A stretch of 64,000 nucleotides of DNA from Hypanus sabinus (Eukaryota), in assembly GCF_030144855.1 (NCBI RefSeq), contig NC_082707.1:124248001-124312000 (forward strand), in the 5' to 3' direction. Below the pieces are notes generated by a model, which saw only the letters and a program-made list of their open reading frames with translations, did no database searches and was not told the origin of the DNA. Both the position numbers and the translations under genes were made by a program. Shown in pieces: positions 51,240 through 62,554 of this stretch (the first letter of the stretch is position 1; each line of letters starts with the position of its first letter).

Positions 51240-52200
51240 GTCAAGACAGCGGGCCCGAATCATCCTCGATCAGCTCCGGGGTGAGGTTGCGAGAATAAAA
51301 CCGACACCTGGCTACATCTGGTCACCGTCTCACCGGGAGCTCCAGTGAGAAGTCCCATCTCTTGGAAACGGTGCCAAATGTTCGACGGACGAAAAGAAAC
51401 TTGGCCAAGCGGTGACAATTTTCACGTGTTACTCAGGTGCGGTTGATATGGACAGCCCCTCGATCTGCCACCCTGCACTCAGTGTTGAAACACTAGCAAC
51501 ACTGAACCGAGAGCCCGCTGTAAGCAGCACGGCGCAGAAACAGAACTGCAGAGACTTTAGCAAGCCGCCGGTGATACCTCTGCGACTGGGTCGATACACA
51601 TCCTGGGTGGACGTAACTCCGCGCACACCAAATCAGTGAATGATTACAGTGGCAGAAAAAAAAGGTTTCTGCACAGCATTCTCCAGCTCCGAGACCGGGG
51701 GTCTGCACAAGGGACAGTCAGTGTCGCAAACCTAGTTAGTGCCCGACGCACGACTCTCCGCAAGAACCAATGCGCGGGGATAAAGAGAGAGAAATATTTA
51801 ACCTTACCAAGCCACCTTGTGAACCTTCTATTCAAAGTCGACATTGACACATCCTTGCAGCCAACAAGACTGTAAACCAATCACTTCCACTCCACGGGAA
51901 AATAAATGTCTAATTTATTGAGCAACCCCCACGGAAAACAAACAACTCGGCTTCCTCACAGACTTGTTTTCAGCGCGCGCTCTCTCTGGCCGAAAACGCA
52001 CAGTGCGCCCACGGTCTCTCCCTCTCTCTCCAACAAGGTGTGGCAATGACATCACAGCACAATCACCTGTCTGCTTCAGAATGCACCGAAGCCAGCTTTG
52101 GGAACTCGGACACTAACTACACCAGGCCCTTGATAGTACACGTGTCCCACAACGACTCCGGCGTGTCCGTTGTCCCCTTCATTACCCTAGTTTCCAGAGT
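51240..52200 (-). promoter_or_regulatory. CpG-rich putative promoter / first-exon region
   Basis: Visibly CpG-enriched non-repeat sequence (GCGCGCGC, many CG) against a CpG-depleted background. CRE-like TGACATCA at 52047-52054, (CT)n tract ~52015-52030, and contains the candidate ATG exon. Confidence 0.6.
51808..51844 (-). CDS. PLEKHG2: Candidate proximal first coding exon of the same gene (MSTLNRRFTRWL + G)
   Basis: ATG at 51844-51842, 12 codons plus 1 nt, then the donor TTG|GTAAGG. Phase 1 completes GAA (Glu) with the AA of the exon at 23979. Lies inside a CpG-rich unique region. Confidence 0.65.
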
Positions 52201-55200
52201 GTAAGAGAGTTCCAGTTGGCATCACATGACCAGCCGGTGCCGCTCCTTTACACATGCACAAAGCACTTGATCAATACGTTGATCGATCAAGTCTATGGGT
52301 GTGAAGGCCGTTCCCCTACTGAGAGTAAATTCTCTTTATTAAAGCAGAATACAACACATTTCAACATCACCAGCAATCACTCTAGCGTTTGCTACAGAGA
52401 GTTTCAGAAGTCACCCATACTCAGGCGGGTGCAGTACATGAATTCTTTGCCAGGGGAGTTACCAGGGGAGACCCAACAGAAGCCCTAACTCACTCAGCCC
52501 ATCTTTATATGACATTCTCTACAATACAGACAGTACCCTGGTAAATTTCCTCTGCACTGTCTCTGAAGCCACTCCCTTCCTATAATAAAGTGATCAGAAC
52601 TGAACACAATACTCCCAGTGTTGTCTAACTAGAGTTTTACGGAAATGCAACATTACCTCAAGGCTCTTGAACACAATCCCTCATCACACCATACTCCTTC
52701 ATAACAACCCTATTTGTTAAGAATTTTGTCTCCCCAGAATATATAGATTAACCATAACAATGAGCAAAACAAAAATGCCCTGGCCATTAATGTATCGCTC
52801 TGTGGAGAAATTGCTACATGCATGTCAGTTGCTTCATCTCCTGCATTGCAACATGATGTTTTGTTGGCCGTGAAGCACTTTCGACCGTCCCAAATTGCAA
52901 AAGACTCGTCAAAAATTCTGAAGATTTCACTCTGCCCAGAGACAGTGCCAATAATCACACTGCATCTTCCTCAGCCAGAGGGGAGGGTCACAGTTGCTGG
53001 ATTGAGGTTGAAAGATGCTGAATGAACAATTGTTAGAGCATCACCTGGGGGAAGGTCAACAACAAGAATGTCATGGCAGGAGCAATGGCTGAAATCCTCT
53101 GCAATTTGCTTTTACCTTTTGAAACATGATACATACCTTTGAGCTTACATCATTATGACTGCTTCAGTTCTGGGCACTGCTCAGTGTAGCTTTGTCATCC
53201 TAGTGTGTAAAGTACAATCAACTGGTTGTTTCCTTTGCTCTGAACTCCTTATTCGGGTACTATTCAAAGACTGGTATGGTACGTATAAATAGGCAAGGCC
53301 TTGATTTATAATCTTATCCTCCCATCTTCCAGGTAACACCTTAAACCATAGCACTCTCTACCTATTAAATAAATTTGAGGGCATTTTCAAGGAAAACCAG
53401 GAGCATTCTCCTTCGTGTTTAAGATAGTACTTTTCCCCCACCATTCATCATCACTGACAGATCCAAAACCACAAAAGTACAGGGGTTTTCAAAGCTGATG
53501 AAAGGGTCATACACTTGAAATGTTCATTCTGCCCTCCTTCAACAGATACTACCTGACCTGCTGAGTTTTTACAGCACTCTTTTTTTAATTAAAAACTGAC
53601 TATCTGATCTCTGTTCCAGATCCAACTGCACTCCTTTATAGGCAGCACCCTCTAAGACTGAGGATGACTTGCTCCTCAACAACAGTTCTCAGGGCGAGAG
53701 GTTACTGAAGTTTCTTTTGAAGGATCTCGGACTCAGACAGAACTTGGTATCGGCGATATGAGAAGGGAAGTACAATACTCATTCCTTTTTTTACATAGGA
53801 CTCTGTACACTTGTGAATGGCTGAGGTTCTCAGGGCCCTCCTGAAGAGTCATGGGCTACAGATTTCTGTCTGCAGATGAGAATGTTACAGATTTTCAAAA
53901 AGGCTTGAATCTTTCAGTCTATTTGCATTCCTGCCTTGAAGGAGCTTGCAGCAGGGTCTGTTTTGGGAGTTAGATACTGAAAAATGCAGCCTGTTCATCA
54001 GAGTTGACTGAGCTTGACTAGATCAAAGCTGGAGAAGTTGGATTGAACCTTGGTCTGCTTATCCTGCCTGATTTTGCAAAGACGGTGTTGACAATATTCT
54101 GACAGTGATGGTAGGTCTCAGTGAGTAATCGGGGTTTCAATGAGGTTTGTGCTCGTCCTGAGGACATCTTCCCAGGAAAGTGAAAATAAGCTGGTACAGT
54201 GCCCCAGTAGATAAAAAATGCTCACTACATTCACTCTGGTTTTTGGGGGCGGGCGGGTGGTGAGAAAAACAGTAAGATATAGAGCCTTTCATAACCTTGA
54301 GTAATCTTGGCATCATTCACAAATATCGAAGGATTTACAAAATGTTTAAGGTACGAAACACAACAGTAAGTTCTCAATGAGCTATCTCCAGCAGAGGACA
54401 TTGTGCTAATGGGAAGATTATCATTTAATATTGACTATCATGAAAATAACTTCTCAGCTTTAAATCATGCACTGTAACCTTTTGTACACAAGATCTCAGC
54501 TTGACATCTCCTCCAATATGCTGCAAGGACAGAGATAGGAGATGATGACAAAAACACTTTCCCCACAAAAAGAACTACATTCAAAGTGATCCATTCTTAA
54601 TCTTGAGAGCAAGTAAAAGAAAATGACTAAGTTAATTCCTTGAGGCCCTGCTGGCTCATGCTAAATGATATGGTTTATTTTAGCATTAATGAAGGTGCTA
54701 CTTACTTACATACTAGTAAATGACTTTGGCTTTACGCAGAGAGTAGACCCCTCCACTGATACATCCAGTATTCCTCTCTCGGTCAAGATCCCAAGCAAAA
54801 CATTTCAATCATTTATTTCAGGGTTCTTGCTATACACTCTGAAAGGTTTTCTCTGTGACCATCTTCCTCCCATATTCCAAAATCTTGCAGGTCAGTAGGT
54901 AAAGTGGACAAAGTCTCTTGGGATTAGTATGAATGTCCAATGATCAGCATGGACGCAGTGGGCCATTTTGGGAACCAGGACGGATAAATTCACTCACCTC
55001 AACTGTAAACTGATTCCACCAGCTATAGACTCACTTTCAAAGACACAAACTCATGTCTCAGTATTATTTATTTACTTTTTGCACTATTCTTTTGCATAGT
55101 TGGTTGGTTGTCAGTCTATGTTTTCCATAAACTCTATTGTATTTCCTAATTTTCCTGTCAATGCGTCTCAGGGTAGTATATGGTGACATATACATACTTT

Positions 55201-55599
55201 GATACTTTGACTTTGAATTACAAAAATTACATAATGCAGGACACTGGGAAACAACAGAAATTCAAGAGCTACTTTGTACAAGGATTCTTAATGTCATTCT
55301 CCTGGGATGTGCATGAATAAGGAGTTCAAGGCACTCAGGCAAGGCTGCTCTTGCATCCTCCTCCTCTTCCCTCCTCCGTCAGTGGTGGAGCGTAGGGTAG
55401 AGCAAGAGAGCCTGGTGGAGAGAAAGGAACCATTTCTGAGAGAAATGGAGAGAAAGGAACCTTGCCAGCTCTCAGGAACTGGTAGCTATTTAGTACATCT
55501 CAAAGGGACTTCAATATACAATCTTCCAACTTACAGGCACCCCAAGAACCTGAAAACTGCCTCACTACCCAACCAGTTGGATGACAGGATGGAGATAAG

Positions 55600-55925
55600 T
55601 CTCTACCAAAGGAGGTGTAAGGAGCTCCTTCTCTCTGCTAGCCTGCGGGTCACCCTTGGGCAAGATGTAGCACCCCCTTAGCACCCCGATCAGGGTCATG
55701 TGAAGCCATGGGAGTAGGTGTTGGATGGTCATATGAGCAGCTGCCAAATATCACAAGTCCTGGTTAAGTGACCAGTGATGCTGGGCAGACAATCTCTGAA
55801 GGGTATTGTTAATGTTTGGTATCGCCTGTAAAGACACAGCTCAGAAGAAGGCAATGGCAAACTAATTCTGTAGAAAAAATTGACAGGAACGATCATGGTT
55901 ATGCACCTTGATCGCCCACCTTATA
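55600..55925 (+). mobile_element. RTE-related SINE-like repeat
   Basis: Contains GAAGAAGGCAATGGCAAAC, as recalled from BovB/RTE-derived SINEs. Confidence 0.5.
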
Positions 55926-56390
55926 TGACACATACACATAAAAATGACCAAACCAGGGCACACTTTGGTGCTGCGCGGGTGTCCTGTGAAGGGTGCAGTA
56001 CACAGAAGGGGAGGGAGCATGGCAGGTCAAAGTGCCTCAGTGCACAAGTGGATGAGAAAAGGGTTGACTGTGCACTTCAAGGGAATATTTCTAAGGCTCA
56101 GTTTTGGAGGCATGCTTCAAGTTCTTTACTGTCCAATTTTTTTAATTGCAGGGATTGCTGGAAGTCAGTTGCAGCAGCCATTGTTATGTGGGGTCCTGCA
56201 TTGTGGGATCCCACACACAGGCATACACACAGGAGAATGCAAGTGAGCCCACAGTAAAGGCGGTGGAGTCGGGAGAAGGGGGAGGAAGGGGCAGGTCGGC
56301 TCTATTTATCTAATATGCCTTTCCTGTTGCCCCGGAGGCCTTTGAGATCAACAGCTCATCTGATGTGAGTGAACTAAAAACCTCTCAGCT

Positions 56391-56412
56391 GGGGGGGGGG
56401 GGGGGGGGGGGG
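56391..56412 (+). repeat. G22 homopolymer in a G-rich block
   Basis: Read directly from the sequence. Confidence 0.95.
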
Positions 56413-56869
56413 ATAGGATTGCAGGGTGCTGAGGGAAGGGCGAGGGACCACCTTTTTGCCCAGCTCCTACTTTAAGAAGTAAACAAAGGAAACATAAGAG
56501 GTATTTATTTACACAGCACTGTTCCAAACATCAGGAGGTCTGAAAAGCACCTTACAGTGAAATACTTATCAAGTATAGCCACTAAAGGAACCAAGGCAGA
56601 CAAGCTTTACACAGCAAGTACCATAAGCAGCTGAACAATTTATAACTAGATAATCTCTGTTACCAACATGTTTTTAAAGTTTTTAAATCGATGCACCATA
56701 CAAAGGAAGAAACTGCAGAGAATGTGGGCACAGCTTGGCACATCATGGCAACCAATCTCCCCTCCATGGATTCTCTCCACACTTCCCAAACTTCGGTATA
56801 GCTGCCAACATAATCAACAGTAAATGGCACAAGTTTATGTGAGTGAAGATAAACCTGATTCTGATATTT

Positions 56870-57140
56870 ATATATGGAGATACAGCACGGAATAGGTCCT
56901 CCCAGCCCTTCGAGCTGTGCTGTCCCACAATCCCCCAATTTTAATCCTAGCCTCATCATGGGACAACCTACAATGATCCATTAACCAAGCAACTGGTGTG
57001 TCTTTGGACTGCAAGGAAACCAGAGCACCGAGAGGAAACCTGCACGGTCATGGGGAGAACATACAACCTCCAGTAGCGGGAATTGAACGCCTGTCCCTGG
57101 TACTGTAAAGAGCTGTAATAACCACTACACTACCATGCTG
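56870..57140 (-). mobile_element. V-SINE copy
   Basis: Same structure as 14822-15077 and 46755-47010. Confidence 0.8.
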
Positions 57141-57939
57141 TTTACATGATATATGTGATATTAAACCTGCTTTTGATATGGGTCTCTATTGTGGACTGAG
57201 AGCGGGAAGGGGGCAGGGAGCAGGAAGCTCCAGAGAGACTTTCAGTAATGGTCAATAAGCCCGTTGTTTGTAATCAAATGGCCTTGCCTGGTGTCTCACG
57301 GCTGGGTGTGTCTGCACCTGTACCACCCCAGCCCCAACACTCCTTCACTGCCACCTGACCCACACCTCCCCAGTGGTGCTCCACCCTCAGTTTCCCACAT
57401 CTTTACTCCTACCAGATTTACAAACTCATTCTCCGCCCTGTGTTGACAAATACAGTACCATGCAAAAGTATCATCAGGGAATTTGTGTATTTAACCACTT
57501 CTGGGTAAATATGCATCAACAGAGCGAGTACTGGAAGCAGGTACTCCTGCAGCATTTAGGAAGTATCTAGACTGGCACTTGAAATGCCAAAGCATGGAAG
57601 GCCACAGACCAAGAGCTGGTAAACGGGGTTAAAACACTGATATTTGCTAATCGACATCATGGGCCAAAGGGGCTTTCCATGTGTGTGTTCCATATGACTC
57701 TAAGAAATATAAGCCAGAAAGAATTTCCCTCTCACCTTCAAAGTATTGTCAAGGAATTTGAGTATTTACCTAAGGTAACACCTTATCTGAAGGACCGCAC
57801 CCTTGACAACACCGTGCCCTCTCTCAATAGGATGTCAGCCTTGACCATGTGCTCAGACTTCTGCGCAGGGCAGCCTCCGACTCAGGAATGTGAGTCTTAC
57901 TGACTGAGCCATGGCTGATGTTCTCTCCCCTCTCCAAAG

Positions 57940-58430
57940 ATGGTCACCTTGTCATGGTGGAGAGGCTTGTGAGATCCTGAGAGAGATGCCATCTGACACT
58001 TATCTCCTGGCAGTGTCACTAGTGGCAGTAAGGTCAAGGGAGAGGGTCCAGACAAAGTGTGATCCAACCAAGACCTCACCGTTGGAGCTGGCCAAATATG
58101 ATGACGCATCACAAAGGCAGTGAATGAGGAAGAAGGCTTCAGCAGTGAATGGTCCCCAATTGGCTTGACCCCAATCTGTCAAGGTCCATGCATCCACCTT
58201 GAACAAAGCAACCCTCTGTTAAGGGAGCCCACCCTAAGAGAACATGACACTGGACTTGAGAGATTACACTACCACAGCTCCTGGTGTTCTCTGCACAGTC
58301 CCTGCTCTGACAGTCATGTTGGCCTCCACCTGTACTTCTCCATGCCTCTGCCGTATCGCCTGTCCAGTGGTGCCCCAGGCAGAGACACAGCTGCAAATAG
58401 TGCAAGAAGGAGATAAGGAGAAATTACAGG
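57940..58430 (+). mobile_element. RTE (BovB/Expander-like) 5' region or derived SINE
   Basis: Starts CACCTTGTCATGGTGGAGAGGCTTG and includes GGTCCAGACAAAG, like RTE-clade 5'UTRs. Confidence 0.5.
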
Positions 58431-58451
58431 AAGGATATTAATAAGGTTGAA

Positions 58452-58930
58452 AGAGCGCAGAGAAGGTTTACAAGGATGTTGCTGGGACTTGAGAAACTGA
58501 GTTACAGAAAAGGGTTGAATAGGTTAGGACTTTATTCCCTGGAGCAGAAGAATGAAGGGAGATTTGATAGAGGTGTATAAAATTATTATGAGTATAGATA
58601 GAGTGAATGCAAGCAGGCTTTTTCCAGAGGCCAGGGGAGAAGAAAACCAGAGGGCATAGGTTAAGGGTGAAGGGGGAAAAGTTTAAAGGGAACAGTTGGG
58701 GGGGGCTTCTTCACACAGAGTGGTGGGAGTGTGGAATGAGCTGCCAGATGAAGTGGTAAATGCGGGCTCACTTTTAATATTTAAGAAAAACTTGGACAGG
58801 TACATGGATGAGAGGTGTATGGAGGGATATGGGTCAGGTGCAGGTCAATGGGACTAGGCAGAAAAATGGGTCAGCACAGCCAAGAAGGGCCAGAAGGCCT
58901 GTTTCTGTGCTGTAATGTTCTACGGTTCCA
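58452..58930 (+). mobile_element. CR1 LINE 3' end
   Basis: RRFTRMLLGLEKLSYRKGLNRLGLYSLE..GDLIEVYKI, FTQ.V.VWNELPDEVV, and tail CTGTGCTGTAATGTTCTACGGTTC. Confidence 0.9.
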
Positions 58931-58934
58931 TGGA

Positions 58935-59295
58935 GAATAGGGCCAGGGGTTGTGGGCGGGGGGGGGGGGGAGAGAAACAGGGCCGGGGAGCAAGGAGGGA
59001 TGAAAGAGAGGGGTACAGAAAGGAGAGGGGAATAGAAAAAGAGAAGCAAGGGCCAAGGAGGGAGGGGAAAGGGAGAAAATTGGCAGTGGCCAAGTAGCAG
59101 GAGAAAGCATGAAAACAGGGATGGAGAAGGCAAGAATGGCATGGTGGGAAGGCAATGCAATGGGAGATTGCAATAAATTCTTCTTTCTAGGTAAGTGGCA
59201 ATAAAGAAAAACAGAAGTTGATGGGACTTGTGAAAGAGAGAGACTGTACACTGAAAAGCAACAAGGAAAAAGAGAAGGGAAATGGGGGTGAGGTG
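58935..59295 (+). repeat. Purine-rich low-complexity tract
   Basis: Almost entirely G/A; produces spurious Pro/Leu/Phe-rich minus-strand ORFs. Confidence 0.8.
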
Positions 59296-59369
59296 ATAAA
59301 TCTGCACAGATTTGCACTGGGTTGAGTGGCCTCTTTCTGTGCTGCATTAACTGTGCGAAAGATGGGAAA

Positions 59370-60560
59370 AGGCACACGTGACGCAGCAGGATAGAACATT
59401 CCAATCAAGAATCACGTGATTTCTCAAACCCTTTAAATTCTGACAGGAATGCCATGCAACGAGTCACCATGCTGTTTTAAATTGTGTCTGTCACCTACAA
59501 TTAACGGCAGATTACAGAGTTCCCACAGGAAGAAGGAGAGAGAAAAAAAACACCCTCTGCCCTCCCTCGTTTGCCCATGCTTGAGTTTTGAAACGCACAA
59601 CCCGGAAATGTAGATTAAGGACCAAGGTTCACGCAGCTGGTTAGGATTACATTTGCGGCAAATTAGCTGCGATAATAAGCAGATACCAAACTTAGACCGC
59701 TCGAACGTTACACCTGGCGCAAACTATTTAAACAGATTCCGCGAATTTGCCCAGGAATTGGACGCAGTTAAACGCAAAAACAAAATACGTCGTGGATTCA
59801 GATTCCAATCTAACACCCACCGGGACAGAGAGTTAAGGAGAGCAGGAGTCAGATTTTGAAGTGTCGGTCAAGGCTTCGTAGGGGGAAATTCGCGGTGTCC
59901 AGCTCAGGAGCTGGCAGATCACGGAAGGAGCAGGAAACGCCGTTGTTTTACACACTCATACCAAACGCAGGTTTTCTCCCCTCCCCGCGCACCCCAGCTT
60001 TTGCAACATCATAACGTTTCACGGAGACCCTTGAGCAGGATTTACCTTCCATTAACATTGCAGAACAGACTGTCCTACAATTCTCCCCACTGGTGTGTGT
60101 GGGAGCTTCCCGTACACGAGGTGGGGGTGCCTGCGCCCGGATTACAGCGGCCGCTTAGGGTATTGTATTGGCTCGCCAGCACTCGGGGACGCCAAGATAG
60201 AGAAAGGCACTCGATCAAGGCAAAATTCTGTCTATGGATGAGCGGCAAAGTGCAGTGACCAGGTCTTTCTTCGTGTAATGATAACCAGCGAGCCCTTTAT
60301 CTCGCCGTCACTGGAGCAGATTGCAGGGGTGTCCCTGTTCCCAGAGCCAAAACACTACCCGCTTCCTGGTTTGAGTGTTGAGGCACCAAAAGCCGCTTAA
60401 GATTCCACCAGGGGAGGCGGCAAACCGAGCGATGCTTTGATGCAGATGATCCTCGGTGCTGTGCGCTGGCAGCCCCGCCACGCTGAGACACGAGCAGGTT
60501 GTCGCTGGCGGTGTCAGGCAGTGACTTCCACCAGCAGTGCCTGTCATTACAGCGTTAACC
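59370..60560 (-). promoter_or_regulatory. Second CpG-rich putative promoter/enhancer region
   Basis: CpG-enriched unique sequence. CACGTG at 59375-59380 and 59413-59418, CCAAT at 59401, ETS-like CCGGAAAT ~59602, and candidate exon donor at 60045. Confidence 0.55.
60046..60058 (-). CDS. PLEKHG2: Candidate distal alternative first coding exon (MLME + G), with 5'UTR extending to higher coordinates
   Basis: ATG TTA ATG GAA G|GTAAAT is a phase-1 donor, giving MLMEESPRT... when joined to 23979. In-frame TAA upstream at 60157-60155. Lies in a second CpG-rich unique region. Very short, so a chance match is possible. Confidence 0.45.
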
Positions 60561-60973
60561 CTCTCAGGGGAGACAGACATTCAACGCACCTCTCTCCCTT
60601 TATGCCTCAAACCTTTCCCAATGCAACGCCCTGCCCTCCGTTCAAGGATGCACCTGTGTGTGTGTTTGAACTCCCAGCTGATACAACGCGGCCAAACGGA
60701 GTGAGGGGAATACAAACCTTTGATCTTCACCCCAGTCCAATTCGGAAACATCATTCCACGAACACTCCCTCAGTCGGGGAGGGGAGCACCAGCATTATCC
60801 GGAGTTTGCTGTTCAGCCCGGGCAGAAAATGTCCTCTCCAGTCTAAAGGGCTCTACTACATGTAATGGGCCTTGATAAAGAAAATGGAAGGTAGGGTCAG
60901 CTGGGTAAAATGGGGTAAGAGAGTTGGAGGGAAGGATGTGGACTAAAGGGCTCACTTTTCTCATTCTTCACTT

Positions 60974-61009
60974 GTCCTGATGAAGGGTCTCAGCCCAAAA
61001 CGTCAACTG
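60974..61009 (+). ncRNA. Minimal type I hammerhead ribozyme motif (decayed) in a Penelope pLTR fragment (60974-61078)
   Basis: GTC-CTGATGA-A-GGG-TCTCAG-CCC-AAAA-CGTC-AACTG: CUGAUGA core, helix II GGG/CCC, GAAA mutated to AAAA, GUC cleavage triplet. Confidence 0.7.
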
Positions 61010-61214
61010 TCTGTCTCCATGCATAGATGCTGCCTGACTTGCTGAGCTCCTCCAGCACACTGTGTGTATTGCTCCAAGTATTAAGCGTTGTCGGCCACCT
61101 ATCTGCCTGTTCTATCAGGTTGCTGAAATCTCCCCAAGACGATTACTCTCCCCCTCACGGCTCACTGCATCTCCAAGTCTTGACCACCTTACAATCAAAT
61201 GCTGACTGTTCCAT

Positions 61215-62375
61215 TTACCAAGAGAGTTCTCATCCGTGATCCTGACCACAGTTTACGTACCACCATCAGCCGACTATAATCAGACACTTGAGATACTGTG
61301 TGATGCCATCAGCAAACAACAAAAGGTCCACTCCTACATATTTCAAATCACAGTTGGGGATTTCAATCAGGCTTGTTTGAAGAAATCTTTCTCCAATTAC
61401 CGTCATATAGCACCAGAGGTCTTACATACCAGACCAGTTCTATAAAGAATCCCTACAATTCCATGCCCAGACAGCACTTTGAGGAATCCGATCACTTGGC
61501 TGTCCTTCTCCTACCTGCATACAGGTAGAGGAGCAGCTCCAGAATGCTTTGAGTCAGTGGACTGGGCCCTGTTCTAGGACTCAACTGTGGACCTGAATGA
61601 ATACACCATGGTTGTCACAGACTTGTTTAAAAACAGTCAAAGCCGGAAGTGTTGCCACAAAATCTTACAGCGTCTTCCCCAACCAGAAACCCATGATGAA
61701 GAGTGAGATCTGCAATCTGACGAGGGCCAGGTCAGCAGTATTCAAGTCTGGCAACCATTAAACTTACAAGAGGTCCAGGAATGACCTCCAGAAAGCCATG
61801 GGTGAAGTGGCAATTCCAGACTAAACTTGAATCAATGAAGGATGCTCAACAGTTGTGACAGGATATGAGTACCATCACCTCTTACAAAGTGAAATCAAGC
61901 AACATGGGTTACAACAGGGATTTGCTTCCGGATGACCTCAATGCCTTCTATGTTTGCTTTGACTGTAAAACCATCACAAACTCCCACAGCCCCTGATGAT
62001 CCCGTGATTTCAGTTTCTGAGCCTGACGTAACAGCATCCTTCAGGAGGATGAACTCAAAGAAAGCATCTGGCCCAGATGGGGTACCTTATTGAGTAATAA
62101 AGACCTGTGTTGATCAACCGGCTGGGGTGTTCTCTGAGATCTTTAACCTTTTTCTTTGACATTTTGAGATACCCACCTGTTTCAAGCAGGCTTCTATTAT
62201 ACCAGTGCCAAAGAAAAATGTGGTAACCTGCCTCAATGATTATCATCCAGTAGCACTTAAATCCAGTGTGATGAAGTGTTTTGAGAGGTTAGTGAGAACT
62301 CCTGCCTGAGAAGTCACTCTCAAATTTGCCTACCGGAATAACAGGTCCACAGCAGACACCATCTTATTGGCTCTT
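61215..62375 (+). mobile_element. Rex1/Babar LINE internal fragment (endonuclease to RT), decayed
   Basis: ILTTVYVPPSAD...[60 protein letters not shown]. Confidence 0.9.
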
Positions 62376-62554
62376 CTTGACCATACAATCAACCCCGCAA
62401 TCTGAGCAGGACACAATATGCTGGAATCTGGTACAATGCACCAACTGGGCAGGTCAGGGAGCATCTGTAGATGGCACAGAAGTGGACAATGGACCTTAAG
62501 TCAATACCATCTGGGCTGATTCAATCCCTCTTTAACACAGGGTGTGATAGTTCT

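Noticed and set aside
58834-59404. 157-aa and 177-aa minus-strand ORFs
   Set aside because: Produced by a purine-rich low-complexity tract that lacks stop codons on the opposite strand.
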